Source: a virus (taxonomy: Duplodnaviria; Caudoviricetes). Taken from it: DNA of 64,000 nt. Location of the stretch: the IMG/VR virus record IMGVR_UViG_2907388146_000002, positions 1 through 64,000 of that record; one strand, 5' to 3'. Shown here piece after piece: positions 36,719-45,645 of the stretch. The notes beneath the pieces were generated by a model that worked only from the letters and a program-made list of their open reading frames with translations, had not been told where the DNA came from and did no database searches. A program made the translations under genes and the position numbers. How positions within the stretch are numbered: position 1 is the first letter of the stretch; the number at the start of each line of letters is the position of its first letter.

Positions 36719-37318
36719 ATGCCACATGAAAATAAATTACTGGATGGACTCCCTCAGTTCAATGAGACCGATCCCGTATTCAAAGAATTGTTTGGAGATC
36801 CTTCTCGTCCTGAACTAACACCTGTTTCGAATATAAACGATATCAATGTCGGTGCGATTTACAACTCCGTAGAGTGGCATTTAAGATATCAAGATCTTGC
36901 GGTCAAGAGTGCGGTTCTCTCGGGTGCCGAACAACACTTCTTAGAAAAATGGTCTGAGTTACTCGGAATACAACGACCTTCCGGAATGTCAGATTCGGAA
37001 TTTGTCGGTTATATCATCGGCTACGTTCTTTCGAACGAGCCAACGATTCCAAAAATTGGAGAGATATTTCCAAAACCAAATTTCGCAGTTCTACGTTGCG
37101 ACGAGCTAGGTTTTGCAACCGATGTATCCGCGACCGACCTCGGCCTCATTCTTCCAGGACCAGATACCAAAGCAGTTTCAAGTGTCATCACTCCGGACAG
37201 AGGGGCGACTTACGTTCTCACAAACGACTTAGACAAGTTATCCGACTTACAACTCACCGAACTCAATCGAATTCTTGCGGCCGGCGTCGCCGCATTTGCA
37301 GGGGAAACAGATGGCTAA
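36719..37318 (+). CDS. Baseplate wedge (tail I-like) protein
   Basis: AEQHFLEKWSELLGIQRPSGMSD.EF; ATG one nt after the J stop. Confidence 0.65.
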   Translation: MPHENKLLDGLPQFNETDPVFKELFGDPSRPELTPVSNINDINVGAIYNSVEWHLRYQDLAVKSAVLSGAEQHFLEKWSELLGIQRPSGMSDSEFVGYIIGYVLSNEPTIPKIGEIFPKPNFAVLRCDELGFATDVSATDLGLILPGPDTKAVSSVITPDRGATYVLTNDLDKLSDLQLTELNRILAAGVAAFAGETDG

Positions 37319-38096
37319 CGAATTAAAGGTGCCTTTAACAAATAACGAAGTAAAAGTATATTATCAAAGTTTACTTCAAAAAGTTACCGCAACCGATTTC
37401 AATCGACTGTCGGGAGCAGAATCCGAACATTCTGCAATTCCCGCAGTCCTAACCGCGATACTTGCGACTATCGGAAGAAGCACGGATACTGCAATTGGTT
37501 TTTCAGTTTCTACACTTGATAGCCAAACAATTAAAGTAGGTGCAGGTCTTTATATTCGACCTCACGCAGTTTATATCTTTCCACCTGTAACTCTTTCTCC
37601 TCACTCCGGTTCTTTAGAAGGAATCTATGAAATCGAACTCGAAGAAACTCTTACCGATTCATCGGCGGTTCCTCTTTGGAATACAACCACTCAAAGATTC
37701 CAACCCCAAGTAAGGCCAACTCGTAAAACATACAGGACAAGTCTTTTTGAACAATGGGTAAATACTCCGGGGATTCCAAACCCGACCATAGGCAGAATCG
37801 GGTTACTTTCCTATAAGAAAAATACGATCGGTGGACCCATTACAAATCTCAATCGGATTTTACCCGTATATGATCCGGGCTTAATCGGAGTGGAAGTCCA
37901 GTTAGATCCTGGAATCGGTGATCGCACTTCAATTGCCGATGCGATCAATTGGCTTTTTCAACATGTTGAATCGAAAAATTTTATAAGAACTACCGTTTCA
38001 CCCGGCTATGATAATGCGAAATTTCAAGTAAGAACGCAAGGAAACTTTGCTTATTGGAGTAAAGATAGCGGAGGTACCTGGTTCCCTTTCGCATAA
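37311..38096 (+). CDS. Tail (fibre/baseplate-attached) protein, short form
   Basis: 261 aa from ATG 37311 (8-nt overlap); ends at a slippery heptamer just before TAA. Confidence 0.65.
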   Translation: MANELKVPLTNNEVKVYYQSLLQKVTATDFNRLSGAESEHSAIPAVLTAILATIGRSTDTAIGFSVSTLDSQTIKVGAGLYIRPHAVYIFPPVTLSPHSGSLEGIYEIELEETLTDSSAVPLWNTTTQRFQPQVRPTRKTYRTSLFEQWVNTPGIPNPTIGRIGLLSYKKNTIGGPITNLNRILPVYDPGLIGVEVQLDPGIGDRTSIADAINWLFQHVESKNFIRTTVSPGYDNAKFQVRTQGNFAYWSKDSGGTWFPFA

Positions 38097-38152
38097 CCCC
38101 ACCGAGTGGACCTTCGTCTCCCGTTTCTGGAGCTGGTGGTCATTGGGTGGGG
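38084..38152 (+). promoter_or_regulatory. Programmed -1 ribosomal frameshift signal
   Basis: In-frame C CCT TTC heptamer (38084-38090), 6-nt spacer, long hairpin closed by ccccacc (38097-38103) / ggtgggg (38146-38152). Confidence 0.75.
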
Positions 38153-38536
38153 AATTTAGGATCGGGTCGTTACGATGTATTTCCAAAAGGTTCGTATTCT
38201 ATCGGGGACGTTTGGCACGTAGTAGACGCACATATCGATCAGGGTGGAAACGTTACCGATTGCGGTCAATGCGGAGGAAACACTAGCTGTCATAACCTTG
38301 GACCATGGTTTGATTGCCCTCACTGTCCGGCGGGATATTCTCAAAGCAACGCAATTGGTCTCTGCTGGGTCGGCGGAACAGTTTTTACACCGTGTTGCAC
38401 GAGTACGTGCTGTATCAACACATGCAATACTTGTCATGTCTCCAATTGGTTTACTCGTTATAAAGTTTATAAGTACGAATTCTTCAATTGGACTTTAGTA
38501 TCTCAATATACCGTTCACGGAAGACTCTGGAGTTAG
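38090..38536 (+). CDS. Cys-rich C-terminal extension reached by -1 frameshift
   Basis: -1 frame open from 38069; Pro/Ser/Gly linker (ITPPSGPSSPVSGAGG), then a 12-Cys domain. Confidence 0.65.
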   Translation, partial: RITPPSGPSSPVSGAGGHWVGNLGSGRYDVFPKGSYSIGDVWHVVDAHIDQGGNVTDCGQCGGNTSCHNLGPWFDCPHCPAGYSQSNAIGLCWVGGTVFTPCCTSTCCINTCNTCHVSNWFTRYKVYKYEFFNWTLVSQYTVHGRLWS

Positions 38537-38542
38537 TCAATC

Positions 38543-38710
38543 ATGGATGAAAAGAAAAATAATGATTTTTCAGAAAAAAGGATGGGAACGTGTCTTACGT
38601 GTCCCTTATTGTTAAAGGGATTTCTTTCAGAGCAATGTTCTGTTTGTCACTGCTTTGTAAGGCTGAAAACGAAATTAAAACGAGAATCTTGCCCTATAGG
38701 CAAGTGGTAA
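38543..38710 (+). CDS. Small Cys-rich protein (CxxC...CxxCxC...CPxGKW; DUF6171-like)
   Basis: 55 aa MDEKKNNDFSEKRMGTCLTCPLLLKGFLSEQCSVCHCFVRLKTKLKRESCPIGKW; below the ORF-track cutoff. Confidence 0.7.
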   Translation: MDEKKNNDFSEKRMGTCLTCPLLLKGFLSEQCSVCHCFVRLKTKLKRESCPIGKW

Positions 38711-38717
38711 CGAATAT

Positions 38718-39053
38718 ATGTCTGGATGTTGCGGAGGAAGCAGTATGAACCAACAATTAATTTTTCAACAATTAAGTCAACTCACTGGCTTAGGTATTAA
38801 TAAAGGAAAAACGGCAAGCGAGGCGGCAAACGACGCAGATATTTTAGTTAAGGCATTGGCCGTGAAAGCGAAGGAAATGGAAAAAATCTATCCTGAAAGT
38901 GGTAAGGATTTGATCTTTCACCAACTCACTCAATATGCGTACGGGAAGTTCAGCGTTGAATCGGATATTCCAAAAGTAGTCGATAGTGTGGCCGCCATTG
39001 TTTCCGACCTGTTATCAAAAGCGAAGGCTTTGGAAAGTCAACTCTCAGGTTAA
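38718..39053 (+). CDS. Hypothetical protein with internal duplication
   Basis: MSGCCGG leader; two ~45-aa repeats (LIFQQLSQ...KAKEME / LIFHQLTQ...KAKALE). Confidence 0.65.
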   Translation: MSGCCGGSSMNQQLIFQQLSQLTGLGINKGKTASEAANDADILVKALAVKAKEMEKIYPESGKDLIFHQLTQYAYGKFSVESDIPKVVDSVAAIVSDLLSKAKALESQLSG

Positions 39054-39064
39054 AGATTAATTGT

Positions 39065-39355
39065 ATGTATTCAAGAATTTGGTCTCAAGTAAATCTCTTT
39101 CTATGGAGAATTAGGGCTACTCGATTTTCATCTAAAACCCTGATTGATAAAGAAAGATGGCGACTTGCAATTCGTAACCACTGGTCGCATTGGTTTAACG
39201 GATTTCCTCTCTTCACTCTTTCTTTTGAAAAAGGAATCAGAGAAGGATCGTCTTTGACTCTAAACGCCGGTCTTCTTGGCTTAGTTTTTGTTTTGTTCAT
39301 TTACTCAAAAACTTCAATTGATTCCCCCGGAAGAAAAGAATGGAAACAAATCTGA
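39065..39355 (+). CDS. Hypothetical protein
   Basis: 96 aa, co-oriented, 11-nt gap. Confidence 0.45.
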   Translation: MYSRIWSQVNLFLWRIRATRFSSKTLIDKERWRLAIRNHWSHWFNGFPLFTLSFEKGIREGSSLTLNAGLLGLVFVLFIYSKTSIDSPGRKEWKQI

Positions 39356-39471
39356 TTCTATTGATCCTGATGTATACGGTCATCTGGACCGTTGCAGTTT
39401 GGGTAGGTTGTGCGATTTTAGCTCTTGTCATTTACTTGTGTGTCTTTGGATTCAAGAAAAATGCCAGATGA
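39340..39471 (+). CDS. Small hydrophobic membrane peptide
   Basis: 43 aa METNLILLILMYTVIWTVAVWVGCAILALVIYLCVFGFKKNAR; overlaps both neighbours. Confidence 0.4.
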   Translation: METNLILLILMYTVIWTVAVWVGCAILALVIYLCVFGFKKNAR

Positions 39472-39848
39472 ATTGAAACTCACGTCTGAAAACGTAAGTA
39501 ACCTTTTTCTAAAATGTCTTTTCTTAGAAGGTGAAGACACGACGAACTTTGTTAAAGCCGAAGGGGTGGCAATTACGATCGGATTCCATCCCGAACGTCT
39601 CCGAACCAACAAGACCCAAATCAAGGAACTTTTAGACCAACTTCCGCAAATCGGAAGCAAGTAGTGAAAGTCGCGGGTGGTCCTTTCTCAATGCTTGTAA
39701 AACCGAGAAGGGAATTCTTTGGGGTCAGCACAAAAACGTAGATGAGCTTCTGTGCTTAGGACTTGCCGCGGGTCTCATAGAATACAATCTACTCAGAGAA
39801 ATTTGGGTCGCCTTGCCTTCCGGTATTCCATACTTTTTTATCAAATAA
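39461..39848 (+). pseudogene. Frameshifted phage hypothetical gene
   Basis: N-half (..IGFHPERL..LLDQLP) stops at 39664; continuation (GWSFLNAC..W.ALPSGIPYF) is in the +1 frame from about 39645 with no start of its own. Confidence 0.6.
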
Positions 39849-39862
39849 ATAAGGATATTTAG

Positions 39863-40225
39863 GTGGGAACGGATTCGTCAGTTTATGCACTCAAAAGCCA
39901 AACTCGATTTTACATCGATCGAAGATATAATCTTTTGCCTTGGTTTTTAGAAGATCCAAAAGGATATAAAGATGATTTATGCAATTTAGAGAGAGGTTTA
40001 CCTCGGGATGTTTTTCTTGCATTTGTAAAATATAGTAAAGCCTGTGGAGCAGGTCCGGACAATTCTTATACTGAGCGAAATTTAGAGGTTTTAGACAAAC
40101 TGTCTGAATGGGCTAAACGAAAATCTGAAGATGAATTCTTTGTTGAAAGTTCGGATTCAGGGTTTGATCCTTATGAACAAGAGAAACACGGCCTTAATCA
40201 ATTCATTCTGGAAGACCCCTGGTAA
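39863..40225 (+). CDS. Hypothetical protein
   Basis: 120-aa ORF, GTG start. Confidence 0.5.
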   Translation: MGTDSSVYALKSQTRFYIDRRYNLLPWFLEDPKGYKDDLCNLERGLPRDVFLAFVKYSKACGAGPDNSYTERNLEVLDKLSEWAKRKSEDEFFVESSDSGFDPYEQEKHGLNQFILEDPW

Positions 40226-40229
40226 ATTA

Positions 40230-40454
40230 TTAATCCAGTTCCCCGAACTGGATATCCCGCTCGAAATCACCGATCATTTCTCTTTTTTGCAAGAACCGCA
40301 ACAGTCTGTCCCGATCGACATACGTTTTGTCGATTGCAGTCATAATCTCATCAAATGCTCGTTGAGACAAGGCGTGAAAAAAAAGTCCTTCCGTCAGCAA
40401 AGCTCGAAACTGAAGAACGTCAGGATGGTGTCTAAAAGGTTCTTGATTCCCCAA
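40230..40454 (-). CDS. Hypothetical protein
   Basis: 74-aa ORF following the 905-aa gene. Confidence 0.5.
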   Translation of the reverse strand: MGNQEPFRHHPDVLQFRALLTEGLFFHALSQRAFDEIMTAIDKTYVDRDRLLRFLQKREMIGDFERDIQFGELD

Positions 40455-40471
40455 ATTTGTATCCTCAGAAT

Positions 40472-43189
40472 TTACTTTTGAACTGCTAAGAAGTATTCTT
40501 CCTTAACTTGGTTTGCTTTAAAAATCGTCTCGTCAATATCCAGCATGAAAGATTTAGCAAACATCATCGGCATGCTCGAATCGTCTTCGATCTCTTTGAG
40601 TTTCATTTGCAAAGAATCTTTGATAATAGATAAATCTTGAATAATTACGTTAAGCCTTCCAATGACAGACGATGATCCGACCCCTTTATCAGCCGAAACA
40701 GCAATGGAAGCCGCAAGTTCTTTAACTGTTTGAGAGGACAAAGACGTTACGTTGTCACCAAGAACGCGCTGATAGGTTTTGGATAAAGAATCCATCATGA
40801 CTTCGAGCATCTTACGGTTTGTAGCCGCTGTTTCCATAGACACCGTTCGAAGTGCTTCCCGTTGAACATTCGTTGCGACGGAATCGAAATCAAAATGATC
40901 AAACTGGCCAGACTGTAATTCTTTCAAATAGTTTTGAACGACAGACGGCCCACGACCTGGGTATTTCGATCTGTTTGCAACATACCATTTGTAAGCACGA
41001 ATCTGCATCGTTGCATTCGGCTTGTCATTTATGTCTTTTGCAAAAAGTCCGATGACTTCCGCAACTCCCAACGGAAGCGATTTGTCTTTTTTGTGAACGA
41101 GTGTAAAAAGATCCGGAGTTAGGTTATTCAACGCTAACCGCTTGTTCACTTCTCCGATCGAAATCCCTAATTTTTCAGAAATTTTCTTAGCCTCCCATCC
41201 ATCTTCTACCATCTTCCCATACGCTTTCGCTTCATCGGTAGGTAACACGTTTCTTCTTTGGTTTTCTGAAAGCTGAGAAGCAAGGCGGTCGTTACTAGTA
41301 GCAAATTCTTTAGGAACAACCGGTATTTCGAAATTGGAAGGAAGATGTCCTTCCTCGATTAATTCCTTTACGGCTTCGTATCTGTGGTGACCTGCAACGA
41401 CTGTCCATTTTTCTTCCTGTTTATCGACGATAATCGGAAATCCAGGATCGTAACCGCCATCCTTGATTTTTTGTTTTAGGGAATTGATTTGATTTCGATC
41501 GAAATCTTTTTTCGCAGTATATTGTTCAATCGTTCGGATTTGATTGAAGGGGAGCTTTGTCGGAAGAGAATTACTTGTCGCAGACCTTTTACTTTCTTGA
41601 GGTTTAATAATCCTTAACCGTCTTTCTTTAGGTGTAGATTCTCCTTCTTTTACCTGTCTTTCTTTTTTGACAGGCTTCCAACCATCGGCGGTTTTTATCC
41701 TTGTCGAACCATCCTTCCAATCTTTCTTCGTTCCTATCTGAGCAGGGGGACGACCTCGCTTTCCTTTTAAAATTAAAGTCAGTTGTTCAAGAGGTTCATG
41801 AACTGCAAGAAGCATGGATTTAAACAAGTCGCTTTCACTATCAGATAAACTGGATTCCTTTAACTCCCCTCGGAGATTTACATAATCGGAAGCGATGTCT
41901 AAAATATCTTGGCGCGTATCTGAAATATAGGCAAGATCTACAAACTCCTTTGCTCTTGAATCTAATCCTTGATTTAGAAGTGTTTTCTTTATATGATCGA
42001 TTAATTTTCCGTGATCTTTGTCTTCCGGAGAGAGCTTGTAAACTGGGCGATCTGAATATTTCTTTGGACGGATTCTTACCGCCGACTCTTGTTTAAGACT
42101 GAAGTGGTTTCCCGATTGTCCTTCCGGTTTTACAAGTCTTGTTGAAACGTAGTTTCCATGTTTTCCATGAACTACTATTTGTTTAGGTATGAGAGCGGCC
42201 GCATTCCCTGATTTCTGAATAACGTGAAGATCCTTTTCTTCCGAAATAGATCCGCCAACTAAAACAGACCGCAACCGATTTGCTTTTTCGGAAAGCCTCG
42301 AAAGGTCAATATTCGAGTTTCGAAATTCCGAAAGTTTCGATTTTAAAAACTCAAGTTTTGGACTTTTTAATTCCTTTTTGGTAGTCTTTGAAGAAAGCCA
42401 CTCCTTAAATTGAGGAATGGTCAAAAGAATAATCGAACCAAGGCCTGACCAACCCTTCTTGTAGTTTACAAGATACCCTTGTTTAGCGGATTTCTCGTCG
42501 TGAAACCCAAGCATTACTTTATGTTCGTCGAAAGATCCGTCCTTGTTTTTTTGATTCACAACAAAGACAATTTGTGAATCAGGATCCGGACCGATGAAAA
42601 CATCAATGTGATCCACGTCGGCTCCTTGTGTTCTTTTTATATACCCGTAATCAAACTTGATTTGGTTTCTCCAAGGTTTACCGTTTTCATCAACCCCAGA
42701 CCTGTAGGAACCTTTTCGATTCTCGATCGAAATATCGATGCCTTGGATTCGTACATGACTTTTCTTGTAGTTACCTGCTTTCTTTTGTGCTGGAGTTGGC
42801 TCTGCTTTTAGAACGTTAGAGGATTGTATTTCGAGACTTGATTTTTGAGTCTCGTCCGCTCCTTCTTGTTTAGAATCGTTAGGATCTGAAACTTCGACAA
42901 TTTCAGCCCGGTTTTTTAAGTAGTTCGCAAGAAACGAAGCCCCAAGAGATTTAAGCTCTTTTGAAAGAGCGATCATTCCATCTTGGGAAAGTTCTTTTTC
43001 GGAAGACCTGAGAACGGTTATTAACCCATTGCGAGACAAGGAATTGATTTCCCCTTCATACCAAGGTTCTTCTTCTCCCATCACCCATTCTTGCCAGAGA
43101 GGATTTTTTTTTGTCATGGACAAATGAATCTTGTCTAAAATCGTCTCTGCAATTTCAGGAGTGATGTCTTCTTTTGTAAGAATCTCCAT
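40472..43189 (-). CDS. Polyvalent protein: inorganic-pyrophosphatase-like domain plus ParB/Srx domain
   Basis: PTPAQKKAGNYKK..IENRKGSYRSG..DYGYI..TQGADVDHIDVFIG..DEHKVMLGF; later PIIV...VVAGHHRYEA and ENQRRNVLP. Confidence 0.78.
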   Translation of the reverse strand: MEILTKEDITPEIAETILDKIHLSMTKKNPLWQEWVMGEEEPWYEGEINSLSRNGLITVLRSSEKELSQDGMIALSKELKSLGASFLANYLKNRAEIVEVSDPNDSKQEGADETQKSSLEIQSSNVLKAEPTPAQKKAGNYKKSHVRIQGIDISIENRKGSYRSGVDENGKPWRNQIKFDYGYIKRTQGADVDHIDVFIGPDPDSQIVFVVNQKNKDGSFDEHKVMLGFHDEKSAKQGYLVNYKKGWSGLGSIILLTIPQFKEWLSSKTTKKELKSPKLEFLKSKLSEFRNSNIDLSRLSEKANRLRSVLVGGSISEEKDLHVIQKSGNAAALIPKQIVVHGKHGNYVSTRLVKPEGQSGNHFSLKQESAVRIRPKKYSDRPVYKLSPEDKDHGKLIDHIKKTLLNQGLDSRAKEFVDLAYISDTRQDILDIASDYVNLRGELKESSLSDSESDLFKSMLLAVHEPLEQLTLILKGKRGRPPAQIGTKKDWKDGSTRIKTADGWKPVKKERQVKEGESTPKERRLRIIKPQESKRSATSNSLPTKLPFNQIRTIEQYTAKKDFDRNQINSLKQKIKDGGYDPGFPIIVDKQEEKWTVVAGHHRYEAVKELIEEGHLPSNFEIPVVPKEFATSNDRLASQLSENQRRNVLPTDEAKAYGKMVEDGWEAKKISEKLGISIGEVNKRLALNNLTPDLFTLVHKKDKSLPLGVAEVIGLFAKDINDKPNATMQIRAYKWYVANRSKYPGRGPSVVQNYLKELQSGQFDHFDFDSVATNVQREALRTVSMETAATNRKMLEVMMDSLSKTYQRVLGDNVTSLSSQTVKELAASIAVSADKGVGSSSVIGRLNVIIQDLSIIKDSLQMKLKEIEDDSSMPMMFAKSFMLDIDETIFKANQVKEEYFLAVQK

Positions 43190-43220
43190 TTCTAAAAATA
43201 TCTCGTCCTAACGAACTCCC

Positions 43221-43718
43221 TTAAAGGATTGAATTTTCTCGGTATTTATAGAGTGCTTCTTGATTTTCTCTTCTTTGGTCCCGGTCGAGTGATCTCACAA
43301 ATCCGTTCCAGCTCCCGGCTTGAATCGTTGCGCCAAAGGGTAAAATCAGAATAACAGGAATGTATCCGTGCAAAGTTTTAAAAGGGATTGCTACCTTTCG
43401 TTCCAGATTGGATACAAAGTCTTCTGGCTTGTGAGTTTCCGAATTGTAGTGTAAAACGATGATTTGTCCGACTGGCTCTGTTCTAAACTTAACTTTATTC
43501 CACCAGGTAAACCAAGCGAGAGAAAGCATACCGGCTAAATATTTCACAAGGATAAGGTGAAGTCTTAGGGTTTGGAGTAGAACAGACACACGGTATGAAA
43601 GAATTTTGTAGAGGTCAGTTCTTTCTAAATAGAATAGAAACTCACTTATTTTTCTAGATACAAGATTCGTTTTGAAAAAAGTTAAAAGCCAGCGTAAGAT
43701 ACGATTTTTAGATTCCAT
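43221..43718 (-). CDS. Hypothetical protein
   Basis: Likely start MESKN; morphogenesis operon. Confidence 0.5.
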   Translation of the reverse strand: MESKNRILRWLLTFFKTNLVSRKISEFLFYLERTDLYKILSYRVSVLLQTLRLHLILVKYLAGMLSLAWFTWWNKVKFRTEPVGQIIVLHYNSETHKPEDFVSNLERKVAIPFKTLHGYIPVILILPFGATIQAGSWNGFVRSLDRDQRRENQEALYKYRENSIL

Positions 43719-43748
43719 GTTTATTCCTTGCTTCATCCTAAAATCCGA

Positions 43749-44867
43749 TTACTGTCTTCCGTTAAAGTTTGCCAGAGGCTTCATTTCGAAAAGTTTGGGT
43801 TTGTCCCGATCCTCTCCACTTCCACCTTCGATAAAGCCTGTGACTCGAAATGTTGGATGATAATCGTAAATAATAGTGTAGCCCGTTCTCGGCTTATCGG
43901 ACAACCACTGGATTCTTGAATCCCCAAAGATTAAAAAATCGGTTCCTTCCTTGTGAGTTACGAAGCCATTTCTTCCTTTAGAAATGATTCGATCGATTGA
44001 GGCAATGGGAGAATAGGAAACTATATCAAAGATCTTGTTTTGATAGGCGATAAACTCGGAATGTCTGAGAGTAGAAACAAGAAGTGTGATGATATCACCT
44101 TCCCCCATTTTGTAACCCCCTCCCATAACTCCCATCAGTTCCCCGTCCTGAAAAGTGATCTGACTTCGATCAAAGATTTTCCTCGAATCCGGATCCACTC
44201 GATACGTTTTGTATCCTATCTTTACCGGATTGTAGAAAAGGACTTTGAGTCTGTATTTACCATTGACTCTTTTCGGGAAAATAACTGAGCTTAAAGTGTA
44301 TCCACTGTATTCTACAGAAATGGGGTCTTCGGTTTCAGAATCAGGGACTTTAAAAACCTCAACGACACCGATGATTGCGCCAAATGGAATTTTTGGGAAA
44401 AGAACGTATTCATTTTTTCCTTCCGCTTCCACATACATTTCTTCAACGAGTGAAACTTTATATTTGAGAAGTACTGAATTCCAATACTTCAGTGGCTCTT
44501 CGACTTCGAAGAATTCTTCGTGGATACGTTTGATTGTGAGTTCTTTTTGAGTTTCTCTCGATATTAAAATCGCGCTTTCAATTTTTGTAATCGGTGCGTA
44601 GCGTGTGAATACCTTATTCCCGACGATTTTCCAAGCGGTTTCTTCCTGAATGAGTAGGTCTTCTTGGAATGTTCGAATAAGACCTTCAAAGCAAAACTTA
44701 CAATCCGGTAACCTTTCCTCCGCCGGACAAGGACAAGAGGAAAGCCTGTACCAAAGTGCGGACTCCCCCCTTCTCTCTAAAAGGTCTTCATTCGTGAGGG
44801 GAGTAAGAATATTTGGTTTGGTTGTGATTGAAAAAGGTGTTACTCCACCTTGTCCTGATTTCCTCAT
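43749..44867 (-). CDS. Putative neck / head-tail adaptor protein
   Basis: RRGESALW..SSCPC....PDCKFCFEG Zn-like motif typical of large-myovirus neck proteins. Confidence 0.55.
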   Translation of the reverse strand: MRKSGQGGVTPFSITTKPNILTPLTNEDLLERRGESALWYRLSSCPCPAEERLPDCKFCFEGLIRTFQEDLLIQEETAWKIVGNKVFTRYAPITKIESAILISRETQKELTIKRIHEEFFEVEEPLKYWNSVLLKYKVSLVEEMYVEAEGKNEYVLFPKIPFGAIIGVVEVFKVPDSETEDPISVEYSGYTLSSVIFPKRVNGKYRLKVLFYNPVKIGYKTYRVDPDSRKIFDRSQITFQDGELMGVMGGGYKMGEGDIITLLVSTLRHSEFIAYQNKIFDIVSYSPIASIDRIISKGRNGFVTHKEGTDFLIFGDSRIQWLSDKPRTGYTIIYDYHPTFRVTGFIEGGSGEDRDKPKLFEMKPLANFNGRQ

Positions 44868-45115
44868 GCCTTGGAAACTTTCGTAGCTTGCAGGACAAAT
44901 TCTTCGCGCTTTTTATCGAAACCTTTGCGAAGTGAGAATACGACTTCTGTGCCTTCTTTGATTTCAGATTCACTTAAAAGAGAATACTTTGCGTTAAAGA
45001 AATATTCTATTCCGTCATTTCCTGTGATAAATCCGTAACCTCCGCGATTAGAGTCACGATTCCAAGGGATATATTTTCGTATTTTTCCGGTTAAAGTGTG
45101 TTTGTAAGTTTCCAA
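44864..45115 (-). CDS. Cold-shock domain protein
   Basis: GKI..W....GYGFITGNDG.EYFF...L...IKEG.EVVF (RNP1/RNP2-like). Confidence 0.75.
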   Translation of the reverse strand: METYKHTLTGKIRKYIPWNRDSNRGGYGFITGNDGIEYFFNAKYSLLSESEIKEGTEVVFSLRKGFDKKREEFVLQATKVSKA

Positions 45116-45645
45116 TCGATATATTCAGCGAGCCACAAATCCGATTCAGGTTCGTGACAACACGTCGGTTCCTCCCAGACCCCGATTGAATATAGATCAC
45201 TCTTTCGTATCGGTCCAAAATTTCTTTCAAGCCTGATTCTTTCTTCATTGGCCTCTACGTTTTCCTCGTATCGGTCGTCGGTTCGCATTCGTTCTTTTGC
45301 GTCTCTGATTTTCCCTTGTCTGAATATTTCGTCGATTTCACTCATGTCTATATCATCGATTTCGTCGACACTCACTAATATATATTCATGGGAACAATTT
45401 GGGTGCATAGGACAGCAAAACTGATAGTCTTCTAAGTGAAGTAAGGCGTTACTTTTTCCAGGCCAGACAGCGATTGAAGTAATCGGATCGCCGGAGAACT
45501 GATCCCCTCCCAAATATTTCAGTCCAAGGGACTTCATGTATTTTTCGTCTTGAAGACTTTCTAAAGACGGAAATACTCGCGCAATTTGTCCGAGAAACTC
45601 TTTACACTTTGAACAAACGATCGGATTCGAATTCAAGTCAGACAC
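45091..45645 (-). CDS. C-terminal half of MuF-like minor head protein
   Basis: CSKC...VWPGKSN...PMHPNC; GTG start shares one base with the upstream TAG. Confidence 0.55.
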   Translation of the reverse strand: MSDLNSNPIVCSKCKEFLGQIARVFPSLESLQDEKYMKSLGLKYLGGDQFSGDPITSIAVWPGKSNALLHLEDYQFCCPMHPNCSHEYILVSVDEIDDIDMSEIDEIFRQGKIRDAKERMRTDDRYEENVEANEERIRLERNFGPIRKSDLYSIGVWEEPTCCHEPESDLWLAEYIDWKLTNTL

